DNA from: Eledone cirrhosa
Taxonomy: Eukaryota
Assembly: GCA_964016885.1 (NCBI GenBank)
Contig: CAXHJY010000103.1
Location: forward strand, 1-64,000
Reading direction: 5' to 3'
DNA length: 64,000 nt
Part shown: one piece after another, positions 13,560-23,925 of the stretch
Numbering within the stretch: the first letter of the stretch is position 1
How the letters are laid out: every line of letters begins with the position of its first letter
Program-made: the position numbers and the translations under genes
The notes under the pieces: generated by a model
Database searches by the model: none
What the model saw: the letters and a program-made list of their open reading frames with translations, nothing else
Told to the model about the DNA's origin: nothing

Positions 13560-14637
13560 TAATAATAATGACTATCTATAACATGTTCCACAAGAGGAGT
13601 GATGTCGATAGACTCTACTTAAGGAGATCTGAAGGTGGAAGAGGTCTTATCAGCATAGAGGACTGTGTTCAGATGGAGAAAAACAACCTACAAAAATACG
13701 TGACTGATAGTAAAGAGCCAATACTCAGAATTGTACTGAAGGAGAGGACAATAGACCAGGGGATGTCCAAGGAGGAAATAACGAGGAGAAAGAGCAGCCT
13801 TCATGAAAAATCCCTTCATAGTACCTTCTTTGAGAAAACTAAATTCAGAGATCCACAGACATGGAACTGGTTGAGAAGAGGAGACCTTAAAAACGCTACA
13901 GAAGGAATGCTAATGGCTGCGCAAGAGCAGGCGTTCAAAACGAAGTGCCTGAAACACCATATTTACAAGGAGGAGGCTAGCCCACTGTGCAGGATCTGTG
14001 GAGAGAGAGAGAGGAGACTGTGGCTCACATTGTGTCCGAGTGTAAACACCTAGCCCAGACTCACTATAAAGGCTGGAGACATGATGAGATGGGCAAGGTG
14101 ATCCACTGGCACCTATGCAAAGTAAACAATTTACCACATTCTGAGAAGTGGTATGAGCATAAGCCAGAGTCGGTGATAGAAGCGATCAGGTGAAGGTGCT
14201 GTGGGATTTTAGTATACAGACGGACAAGAAGCTGGAACACAATAGACCTGACCTGGTGGTTTTGGACAAGGAAAAAAGATCGTGCTGATTGTGGATGTGG
14301 CCTGCCCATTCGACACGAGAGTGCAACAGAAGGAGAGGGAGAAAATTAACCGATACCAGGACTTAAAGTGGGAGGTAAAAAGGATTTGGAACTGCCATGA
14401 AGTCAAAGTGGTCCCGATTGTCATAGGCGCACTAGGTACTATCTCAAAAAGTTTCCAGGGATGGTTAAAGAAAATTGGCCCCGCCCCGCTTTTTGGAACA
14501 CTTCAAAAGGCATGCTTACTGGGAACAGCAAGAACCCTCCGATACGTCCTAAATATCTGGGGCTGCAGGTAGTGGCTTGATATTCATTTCAACAAACTTT
14601 CCAGTTAACTAACATCAATGACTGAGACTCAAAGAAC

Positions 14638-14678
<41 letters not shown>
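13560..14678 (+). mobile_element. R4/Dong-clade (RLE) non-LTR retrotransposon, 5'-truncated, frameshifted
   Basis: GGRGL motif, CCHC CRICG..ETVAHIVSEC, RHD, PD-(D/E)xK remnants; (TAA)n at both ends. Confidence 0.85.
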
Positions 14679-14680
<2 letters not shown>

Positions 14681-15052
14681 CATCATCATTTTACGTCCGC
14701 TTTTCCCTGCTTGCAAGGGTGGGACGAGAACTGATTCTGGTTTGATTTCTACAGATGGATGCCCTTCCTAACACCAACCTCATTTAGAGTTAATGCTGGG
14801 TGCTTTTTTTCCGTGGCGACTACACGTCCACTTTCGAGTGTGGACTGGGTGCTTTTTTGCCGTGGCACCTCCACGACCACTTTGCAGTGGAATGATATGG
14901 ACCCCAGTCCCTATCATCTCATTTCTACAGCTGCGTAAACTGGAGCAATGTGAAATAAAGTGGCTTGCTCAAGGAAACAACACATCACCCGGTCTGAGAA
15001 TTGAACTCACAACCTTTTGATTGTAAGGACAATGCTCTAACCACTAAGCCAT
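14679..15052 (-). mobile_element. tRNA-head CORE-like SINE with RTE-derived tail
   Basis: A box tggcttagtggt, B box gagttcaattc, cttgagcaag core, 3' end shared with the RTE 3' UTR (39290-39540). Related copies 34905-35003, 36200-36455, 50418-50740. Confidence 0.8.
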
Positions 15053-16150
15053 ATGAAGACTAGGAAGCCATTGACTATCTACAACATGTTCCACAAGAGG
15101 AGTGATGTCGATAGACTCTACTTAAGGAGATCTGAAGGTGGAAGAGGTCTTATCAGCATAGAGGACTGTGTTCAGATGGAGAAAAACAGCCTACACAAAT
15201 ACGTGACTGATAGTAGGGAGCCAATGCTCAGAATTGTACTGAAGGAGAGGACAATAGACCAGGGGATGTCCAGGGAGGAAATAACAAGGAGAAAGAGCAA
15301 CCTTCATGAAAAATCCCTTCATAGTGCCTTCTTTGAGAAAACTGAATTTAGAGATCCACAGACATGGAACTGGTTGAAAAGAGGAGACCTTAAAAAGGCT
15401 ACAGAAGGAATGCCAATGACTGCACAAGAGCAAGCCCTCAAAAGGAAGTGGCTGAAACACCATATTTACAAGGATGAAGCTAGCCCACTGTGTAGGATCT
15501 GTGGAGAGAGAGAGGAGACTGTAGCTCACATTGTGTCCGAGTGTAAACACCTAGCCCAGACTCACTATAAAGGCTGGAAACATGATGTGATATGCAGGGT
15601 GATCCACTGGCGTCTATGCAAAGTAAACAATTTACCACATTCTGAGAAGTGATATGAGCATAAGCCAGAGTCGGTGATGGAAAACGATCAGGTGAAGGGG
15701 CTATGGGATTTTAGGATACAGACGGACAAGAAACTGGAACACAATAGGCCTGACCTGGTGGTTTTGGACAAGGAAAAAAGATCGTGCCTGATTGTGGATG
15801 TAGCCTGCTCCTTTGACACAAGAGTCCAAGAAAAGGAGAGGGAGAAAATTAACCGATACCAAGACTTAAAGTGGGAGGTAAAAAGGATTTGGAACTGCCA
15901 TGAGATCAAGGTCGTCCCGATTGTCATAGGCGCACTAGGTACTATCTCAAAGAGTTTACAAGGATGGTTAAAGAAAATTGGACCCGCCCCGCTTTTTGGA
16001 ACACTTCAAAAGGCATGCTTGCTGGGAACAGCAAGAACCCTCCGATCTGAATATCTGAGGCTGCAGGTAGTGGCTGGATATTCATTTCAACAAACTTTCC
16101 AGTTAAATAACATCAATGACTGAGACTCAAAGAACAATAATAATAATAAT
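15053..16150 (+). mobile_element. R4/Dong-clade (RLE) non-LTR retrotransposon, second truncated copy
   Basis: ORFs 15053-15652 and 15674-16123 with CCHC and RPDLVVLDK..IVDVAC..KINRYQDL; (TAA)n tail. Confidence 0.85.
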
Positions 16151-18845
16151 GATTTCTTTATTGGCCACAAGGGCTGGCATCAAGAAAAACATTACAGACG
16201 GCACATGACGGTACAGGACGGTACGATGTGGGTTTTGTGCGTGTCAAGATTTTTATTATTTTTATAAGAAAAGGAAAAAAAGACATAGAGACATATATAT
16301 ATATATAAACAATAAAAATGAAAATTGAAACAATGAAAAATTCCCCAATAGGGGGGAAACCTCCGAGGGTTACTCGTGGCGAAAACCACACAAAAGACCA
16401 CGGCCACCCTGACCACCAGGAAAAGCGCCCTCTCTCAATTTTTCCATTTCTCAAACTACAGATGTATATTCAGAGCGGTCCCATTCACTCGGATCATTCT
16501 CGCTACATTCACCCACCTTTCAACAAACTTGCTAGAAAGCAGCACTTTCCTCTCCACCCTGTTTTTCCTCTTCAAGTGAAACTTGAAAAAGTTAATTAGG
16601 GATTCGCCGAACAGGAAAATGTCTGTCTTTAACCCTTTCAACCTTGTCCACCACACAATCTCTTTCGCCATGGCCACCAGGCAGATGAAAACCGCCTGCC
16701 CTTCCTCCTCGAAGGAAGACGGCGAGACCATCTGCACAATGGACTCAGTCGATAACCGGATCAGTCCTACACGCGACAGCAACTGTTCGACATAGCTCCA
16801 CAAGTCAGCAATGCTCGGGCACTGAACGAGTGCGTGCAGGACGGTTTCGTTACTCTGCGCGCATCTCGGATAGGCTCGGCTGACGGCACTTCCGTGCCTG
16901 TAGAGCTTATCTCGAACCGGTAGCGCTCCCCGGTAGCACTGCCAGGCCAGGGATTTTTGGAAGTTATCCATAGTCCCTGGGCTGAAAGTTCTCCGAAAGA
17001 GAGCAAACAGCTGATCTTCCTCGACGCCCAGGATCTCTCCGAGAACGTCGTCGCTCTTCCCCTCCACTAGTCCTCTATAGAACGCCGAGGTGGATGTTCC
17101 ACCGATACTGGTGCCCAGCTGGCAGAGGGCAGTGAGCGCCTGGAGACATTCCAGTTTCCAAGCACTATACCTCGGTCTTTTCCTGACCCAGGACTGCAGT
17201 TCCGTCAAGGAGACGAGCTGTGGGAAAACGTGCCTGGTGAACGGCGACCATACCTATTCACCGTGAAGGAAGCACCAGAGATGTCGCAGCCTCAGCGCAT
17301 GTTTGCGCATCATCAGCCATGGCATGCCCAGTCCTCCACGCAACGGGTGTTGACAGCAGATGGATCGTCTGACCATGGGAGCGCGTCCCTTCCACAAAAA
17401 ACGGAAGAGGAGGCGCTCGATTTTGGTGAGAGTTAGGCCAGAGCAAGGGACGACAGTGAGGTGGTAGCAGATGACAGATGCGATGTACGCATTCGCCACC
17501 TCTGCCCGGCCTTTCAGGGACAGCTTCCTCTCGGCCCATTTCTGGGTGAGGGAGGCCACCTTGCTCGTCACCTCGTTCCAGTTTTTCTCCATCTGGAGAC
17601 CCCGAGCAATTTAAACGGTCCGTCCATCCAACGCCCCACGACGTTGTCGGACGGCATGGACTTGCCTCTCCAGGTGACGAGCTGCAAGCCCACTGACTTT
17701 TCCTGGTTTATCTTTGCACCTGTCACCACTTCGTATTCCTTAAGTGCGGTGCCGAGCATCTGGACGTGTCTGGTGCTCGACACCACCACGGTGACGTCGT
17801 CGGCGAAAAACGACTCGGATTTCCCGCATCCTAGTTCGCGTGGGACGCCCCTCATCGCACCCAGTTTGTGCAGTAACGGCTCGAGAGCCAATACATACAA
17901 GAGGGACGAGAGGGGACGACCCTGGCGGACTGAGCGCATGATGCTGAACGGCTGCGACAGGTGACCGTTCACCCTCACAATTGAGCAGATGTCGCTGTGC
18001 ATCGCAGCGATCCAACCCCTGAAAACGGGCCCAAAACCGGCTGCCTCGAGGACCGCCGCCAGATACCGATGGTCGACCCTATTGAATGCTTTAGATTGAT
18101 CCAAGCTGATCAGAGCCCCACCCGTGCCAGGTTCCTTAACCACCCTCTCTATGATGTATCGCATGAGGTGGCGGTTGTCGTGTATGGATCTGTCCGGAAT
18201 GACGCATGTCTGCACCTCTCCCACCAGAACCTCGACGACAAGCGCCAACCTCATTGCTAACACCTTGGCCAAAATCTTGAACTCTGCGTTTAGCAGATTT
18301 ATGGGCCTGAAGTTATCAATAACATCTCCCTTGTTTGGGTCTTTTCTCAGCAGCGACACCACTCACCAGCTCACAAAAATAGGAATGCTCCCGTTCTGCT
18401 ACCAGTTGCAGTAGACATCTGCCAAGAGGTCACCGAACAAGTCTGGCATAAATGCATAAAGCTCGTAGGGCAGACCATCCAAACCTGACGATTCACCCCT
18501 CGTGCAGTTAGCCATCGCTTCCCGTATTTCACCGGCTGTTATTGGCTTTTCGCAACACTGTGCTGCGGTCGTCGAAAGCCGAGGCAGTCCGTCGAGGTAT
18601 GCACAGAAGTCAACACCCCGATCCGGCCCACCGCCGCTCCCGAACAGTTCAGCAAAGTGCTGTTGAAAAGCCTCACACATCTGCTCGGGTTCGAGCAACA
18701 CGTACCCGTTTTGGTCAGACAAAAACCGAATTGTGGCTTTGTTTCCACGTCGTGCCTCTGCCACCCATTGAATGGCTTTCGTCCCCTCGTGTTTAAGAGC
18801 ATGAGCTCTAGCTCTGATAATGCAGCCTTTGTGTTTTGCAGTCGT
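16151..18845 (-). mobile_element. Tx1/L1-clade LINE, 5'-truncated ORF2 pseudogene
   Basis: RT motifs GLDGLPYE, FRPINLLNAEFKILAK, LDQSKAFNRV, VRQGRPLSSLLY, FADD; GGLGMP; C-terminal Zn region; several frameshifts. Confidence 0.9.
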
Positions 18846-18849
18846 AGTA

Positions 18850-20150
18850 CCCGGCAGCAACAACAAAAGTAACAGCAGCTCTGACGACAACAACAACAAT
18901 AAGAAAGAAAAACCAATCTCGTTTGCAGGTATCGCAAAGAACCTGGAAACCATCCAACATATGAGGAATTACAGAAAGCAAGGAAGATGGTGACGAAAAC
19001 AGGATACCGAGCAATCTGCAAGGCAGCCGAAGAATTTTTCGAAACCCAACAACACTGTACGGTCACATACCGTACAGTAAGCACAAAATCACGTAGGGTT
19101 GAAAGAGCCACAGAGGCTCAAATACAAAAAGCCTTAGGATTTGTGTGGCAGCAGAAAACGCATATCACCTGAGGCAAGAAATATGCCACTGTGAACGTGC
19201 TTTTTTCCACACGCCAGGAGGCAAAAGCTCAATCCTTAGTGACCCTAAGGAGCGAGGAAATGGTGTTGGTGCCCTCCTACTGTGGGCAAAAAATTGTGAG
19301 GGTCAAACTGACCCAAGTCCTCCCTGGGATGGCCCCTTCTTGGCTGGCCACGTCTGTCCTCGTCAGAATCGAGGACAAAACAACTGTACTGCAAGTACAG
19401 AAAAAAGTACGAGCAGATTGGGTCGGCGCCTCCATTGAGATGTTAATTCAAACTGACCAGGAGTGTATCGAAGCTATCCCGGATGTGATAGACTTCGATA
19501 ACAGCACTCAACTTTCCATAAGTGTTGAGGGCAAACGCCCGAAATGCTTTCGCTGTGGGTCGAAAACTCACCTCAGGGCCTTTTGCAATGAGAAGACCCT
19601 GAGAAAGGAGAAAACCCCCCTCCTTCCGAAACCGGCCCCACTGCAACCATCACCAACAAGATCAAGTGAAAGAGTGGAGCTGGTACCCCTCCCTGACCTC
19701 ACAGAATCGGACATGGAGTGTGAGGTGAGAGAGGGATGGCAAAAGGTCACAAGAAGGCACAAACGCAGAAGCAGTGCATCGTCGCCTTCGAAAAGGGAGG
19801 GAAGAGATGAAAAAAGGGTAAAGGCTACTGCAAAGAGACTTACAGCAGCAACACCACCAACACCATCACCACCCACACTAGCACTACCATCACCACTGGC
19901 AGCAACCCCACCGCCGACAACAACAACACCTTCAACACCACCACCACAAGCACCAACATCGCAAACACAACAACAAAACACACACACCCAGCAACAACGA
20001 CAAGAAAATAGCAAAACCCCACCCACCCCCCAAAAAAAAAGAAATGCACAGCAATAAATACACACAACAAGAAACTAATGACTTACATAATTGAACACAG
20101 ACATTTCACAGCACGACTACATAATACCAGCACCAATCAAAACACCAATC
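18850..20150 (+). mobile_element. LINE ORF1 (gag-like) pseudogene with CCHC knuckle
   Basis: ORFs 18987-19172 and 19191-20057 are in the same frame, split by one TGA; CFRCGSKTHLRAFC knuckle, WQKV..R motif, Pro/Thr-rich tail. Confidence 0.7.
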
Positions 20151-21469
20151 CTTTATTATTAATGAAAATGATGGTGGTAATTATAACAACAATGTCTATA
20201 ATGCTAACATACTTAACACGTCTACTAACAGCCGTTTGGGTAAAAATAACCATAGCATACATAATCCCCTTAATACAATAGTACCTAGTAACTGCAGGAA
20301 CTGTAACCATAGGGCCCCTAATAACTGCCCACTACAGGTTCACTGGCTGGTTAGAAATGTGATCTATAAGTGCACAGTCACTATGAATAATAGTATTAAT
20401 TCTGACATAGGAGCTACCACTAATAATTTCAAGACTAGATTTAGATCTGACCTTCATTGTTAAAAATAGAAAACTTAGGAGCTCAGCTTCTCTTGCTAAC
20501 TATATCACTCAATTAACTTAATCTAACACTAATTACATAACTCAATGGCGTATAATAGACAGGGCAGCCTCATATAATTTTAAGAAGAAATGCAACTTAT
20601 GTCTGATGGAGGCATATTATATCATATCCTCCAAGGGCGGTGGATTGGCAGTATCGGTAGAGGGTCGGACGCCATGCTTTGTAGCAAAAGAGTTACGGCC
20701 CTTGCCATTCTGAGTTCAAATCCTGTCGAGGTTGACTTTGCCTTTCATCCTTAAGAGGTCGATAAAATAAAGTACCAGTAATGCATTGGGTAATTGCTGG
20801 CCTTGTGCCAAAAGTAGAAACAATTATATTATATGCTCCATATCTACACTAATTAACAATAGAGCTGAAACAGTAATCAACTGCTCACATAGACTTCCCT
20901 ATTCCTTCTCTAACAGAATCTATGATCCCATATAACCAACTAAATTGTTCAGACCTAAAATTCCCCCCTCAACCATAAAGTATATCCCCTGTTAACTATT
21001 TAATATAAACTAGTCAACATCTTTTAATAACATTTTTTTTTTCTTTCTTTTACGTTTTAAAATGTAATGTTCGCTTTATGACACTATTCTGTACCACATT
21101 ACCAAGCAATTATATGCAGCCACAACACTAGACCACCGCAGCTTATGATTGATAGTTTAATTTAAGACTGAAAGCCTTGGTCAGCCATACACTATTTAAC
21201 CTATACTCTATTAATATCACATAATTTTGGGAGGCCACAACTTAATTTACAAATACACCACAGGTATCTCCCTTAGGATAATTACACTCTTTTAACACTG
21301 CCATTTTAAAAATTAAAAATAAAATAAATAACCGACTAACTATGAATGCCAATGTGTTCTTATACCTCCAAGCATTCTTCTTAAAGAATAGACATATCAT
21401 GAATGTGTAGCTTTACTTTGCTGTCGAACGAATTAGACTTTCCTTCAAGCAACATCTATATGGACAATC

Positions 21470-21875
21470 ATTTTTCTCTGATGAGTCTTATAAGTGTATC
21501 TTTACTGTAGTATATATACACACATATATGTCTACCTACTGTATTAGTGGAGGCACGTGGCCTAGTGGCAACGGTGTTGGACTTACGATCATAATGTCGT
21601 GGGTTCGATTCCTGGGCTGCGTGTTGTGTTCTTGAGCAAAACACTTCATTTCACGTTGCTCTGGTATACTCAGCTGAAAATGAGTACCAGCAATAGCTGG
21701 GAGTTTAACCCTGTGGTGGACTGGTGTCCTGTCCAGGGGAAGTCCTGTACTCTCAGTCGCTTCATGCCATGAAACCGGGATAAGCACTAGCCAAATGAGC
21801 CTTCTGGCTTAAGACAAACTTTAGACTTAGACTGTATTATAAATGTACTTGAAGATGAAACACTGTGTAAGAATT
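21470..21875 (+). ncRNA. Hammerhead ribozyme of the Penelope pLTR, stem II interrupted by a SINE
   Basis: ttct-CTGATGA(21478-84)-gtctt...aagat-GAAA(21857-60)-cactgtg-TA|agaa. Confidence 0.75.
21547..21830 (+). mobile_element. tRNA-derived CORE-like SINE with 9-bp TSD
   Basis: A box tggcctagtgg, B box ggttcgattcc; TSD ACTGTATTA at 21538-21546 and 21831-21839. Related copies near 24897-25210, 26130-26435, 49438-49595, 56105-56310, 57030-57245, 60530-60795. Confidence 0.85.
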
Positions 21876-22117
21876 AAATCTTGTTTTTAAATGTCTTGCT
21901 TTCTCCTCCATATATTTTTGATTATACCCGTTCTGCTTGCCTTCTCCCTTAACTCTCCTTAAATATTAACTCCGCTATAATATTTAACATTGCATCTCTA
22001 AGCATCGAGCATGCTTTGTTTCGGCTATAGGCATCTAATATATTATATCATAGTTCATTCTCCTCTATTCTTATGATATAATGCTCTTACTTTTATATAT
22101 ATATATATATATATATA

Positions 22118-22767
22118 TAATTAGTAATAAGATGTATCATACCTATCCTGTCCGCATGTATCTGTGTGTTTCTCAATATATTGTTTATAACTCCCTCTGG
22201 TCGAGTAATCCTTGAAGTGTAGTGACTGCTGGAAAGCTACCATTACTCATACTTCTTGCCTCCTTAACCACCTCTTCTACGGCCTCGATATAAATACCCC
22301 CTCCGCCTCTGTGGTATTTTTTTCAGGGTTATAAGAGGCTTAGCTCTGTTTCTTGACCGCTGTATCACGTGATTGACTCCCCCTCCGCCTTTTGGGATTC
22401 TATCTCGCATCTTACAGACGTGTTTTTGAAGCCCTTAATGAGGTATCCTCTTGATAAGTCGGCAGACCTCACAAAAACTCTATATCTCTGTGATGTATTG
22501 TTTTTGATTATGCCACGAAACTACGTAGTCGAGGAATTTAGAAGCAGTTTAGGTATGATACATCTTATTACTAATTATATCTAATGTTTCTTCTCTCTTC
22601 ATAATGTACTTTATAGCTCTGATACTGGTTCAGTCTAATCCATTCGGATTGGTTTGTCCCAGTTATTCATAGAGCAACATCGGTTAAGGTTGGCACCATT
22701 AACTCAAGGATGGATGTGGATATATTCATGTATATGTGTGTGTCCGCATGTATCTGTGTGTTTCTCA

Positions 22768-22775
<8 letters not shown>
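22118..22775 (+). mobile_element. Non-coding pLTR-like element with degenerate hammerhead, flanked by (TA)n
   Basis: Direct repeat 22149-22182/22741-22774; inverted repeat 22118-22144/22551-22577; cctc-TTGATAA-gtcggca...tgccac-GAAA-CTACGTAG-TC|gagg at 22447-22534. Confidence 0.7.
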
Positions 22776-22815
<40 letters not shown>

Positions 22816-23099
22816 GTGACAAAGGCACTGTGTGGTTACTAATAAATATTGTTTAGAAAACGTAAGAGAAACACAAACATAAGGACAATTCCCACTCTTT
22901 GGCTGTCTGCTGTGGGTCGCTGACGTTTCCACGCATTAAAGACAGTACATCTCACCACAGGGCATTAATAACTAAGAGGAATAGTTATTAGGGAAGAACC
23001 CCCCCCCCCCAAAAAAAAAAACAGAATCGATAGTGAAGAGAACAGAAAAAGGAAATAAACGTTTTTTTAATTTGATATAAGTATGTATGTATGTATGTA

Positions 23100-23680
23100 T
23101 CTATCCCAGTACAACCTGTCTCATTGTCGGGTCGTTGGCGACTAAACTGGCAACCCCACCAAGGTTTCTTGGTGAGGAGGGTGACTTTGGACATCCTGCA
23201 GGACTAAAAACAAAACCTGTCAAAGGGCAAAGGAGCTCTTAAGAGTCAATGGCCATCCAAAATCACTGGGAGAGATGACCCCTTAGCCTTTGTCAAGGCA
23301 GAATTCTAGGAGAAGGAAAACTCTGATATAACACCTGCAACTCTGATGGTATCCAATGATGTTGACTTGTTCTTCTTTTTGGTAAATATCATCTTGGTTA
23401 AGAGAGTGGGACTGGCTTTGTGCAGTGCCTTTGCTCACTATAAAAGCTTCACATCACAGGCATTGCTTTATATCTAGAGATCTCTCTGCACTTGTCATCA
23501 CATGGTATCATGGGCCCAGCACTATGTGTCAATATTTGTCACAAGTGTAGTGTTTGTACCAGAGTTTTCAAGTCGCTGGCTGGACTAAAAAGTCACACTC
23601 GTTCAGCGCATCAGTAGGAGTTCTCCTACATGGATATAAAGTAGTGGCCGTACTCGAAAACGAGTTGGCAGCCACCATGT
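23100..23680 (+). mobile_element. Probable RTE-clade LINE 5' UTR fragment
   Basis: GC-richer block between (TATG)n tracts with a ctaggagaaggaaaactctga motif that I recall from RTE 5' UTRs. Confidence 0.4.
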
Positions 23681-23754
23681 ATGTATGTATGTGTTAAGTA
23701 TTTCCATAGAAAGGTAATGGGAAGAAGAGTGTTCAATATATTGTAAAGAGCTAT

Positions 23755-23925
23755 TTAATTACACAATAAACAACACAATATAATTATTTCATTTACAGAA
23801 GGTTTCAAGAACTAGATGATTCTTGCAAGAAATGTCCAGCTCGTTCGTCAGACAAAATGATTATTTTGTCTGACAAACAAGCTGGATGAAATAATTATAT
23901 TGTATTGTTCATTATGTAATTAAAT
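23755..23925 (-). ncRNA. Hammerhead motif within a fold-back element
   Basis: Minus strand: CTGACGA(23851-45)-acgagctgga...tctagttctt-GAAA(23806-03)-ccttctg-TA; internally deleted inverted copy immediately to the right. Confidence 0.6.

Larger units (their letters stand above)
10343..22090 (+). mobile_element. Penelope-like element (Naiad-type), decayed, interrupted by nested insertions
   Basis: RT remnants 10500-12520 (NFDITMGS...GLYRDDAL); C-terminal Cys motif and GIY-YIG remnants 20280-20900 (CRNC...CPL...VIYKCTV...IGATTNNFKTR...CNLCLME); 3' pLTR with hammerhead 21470-21925; inverted partial copy of that pLTR at 10343-10438. Confidence 0.85.

Noticed and set aside
21547-21620. tRNA gene candidates with A and B boxes
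   Set aside because: These are SINE heads running into core and tail sequence, with a TSD and no full cloverleaf
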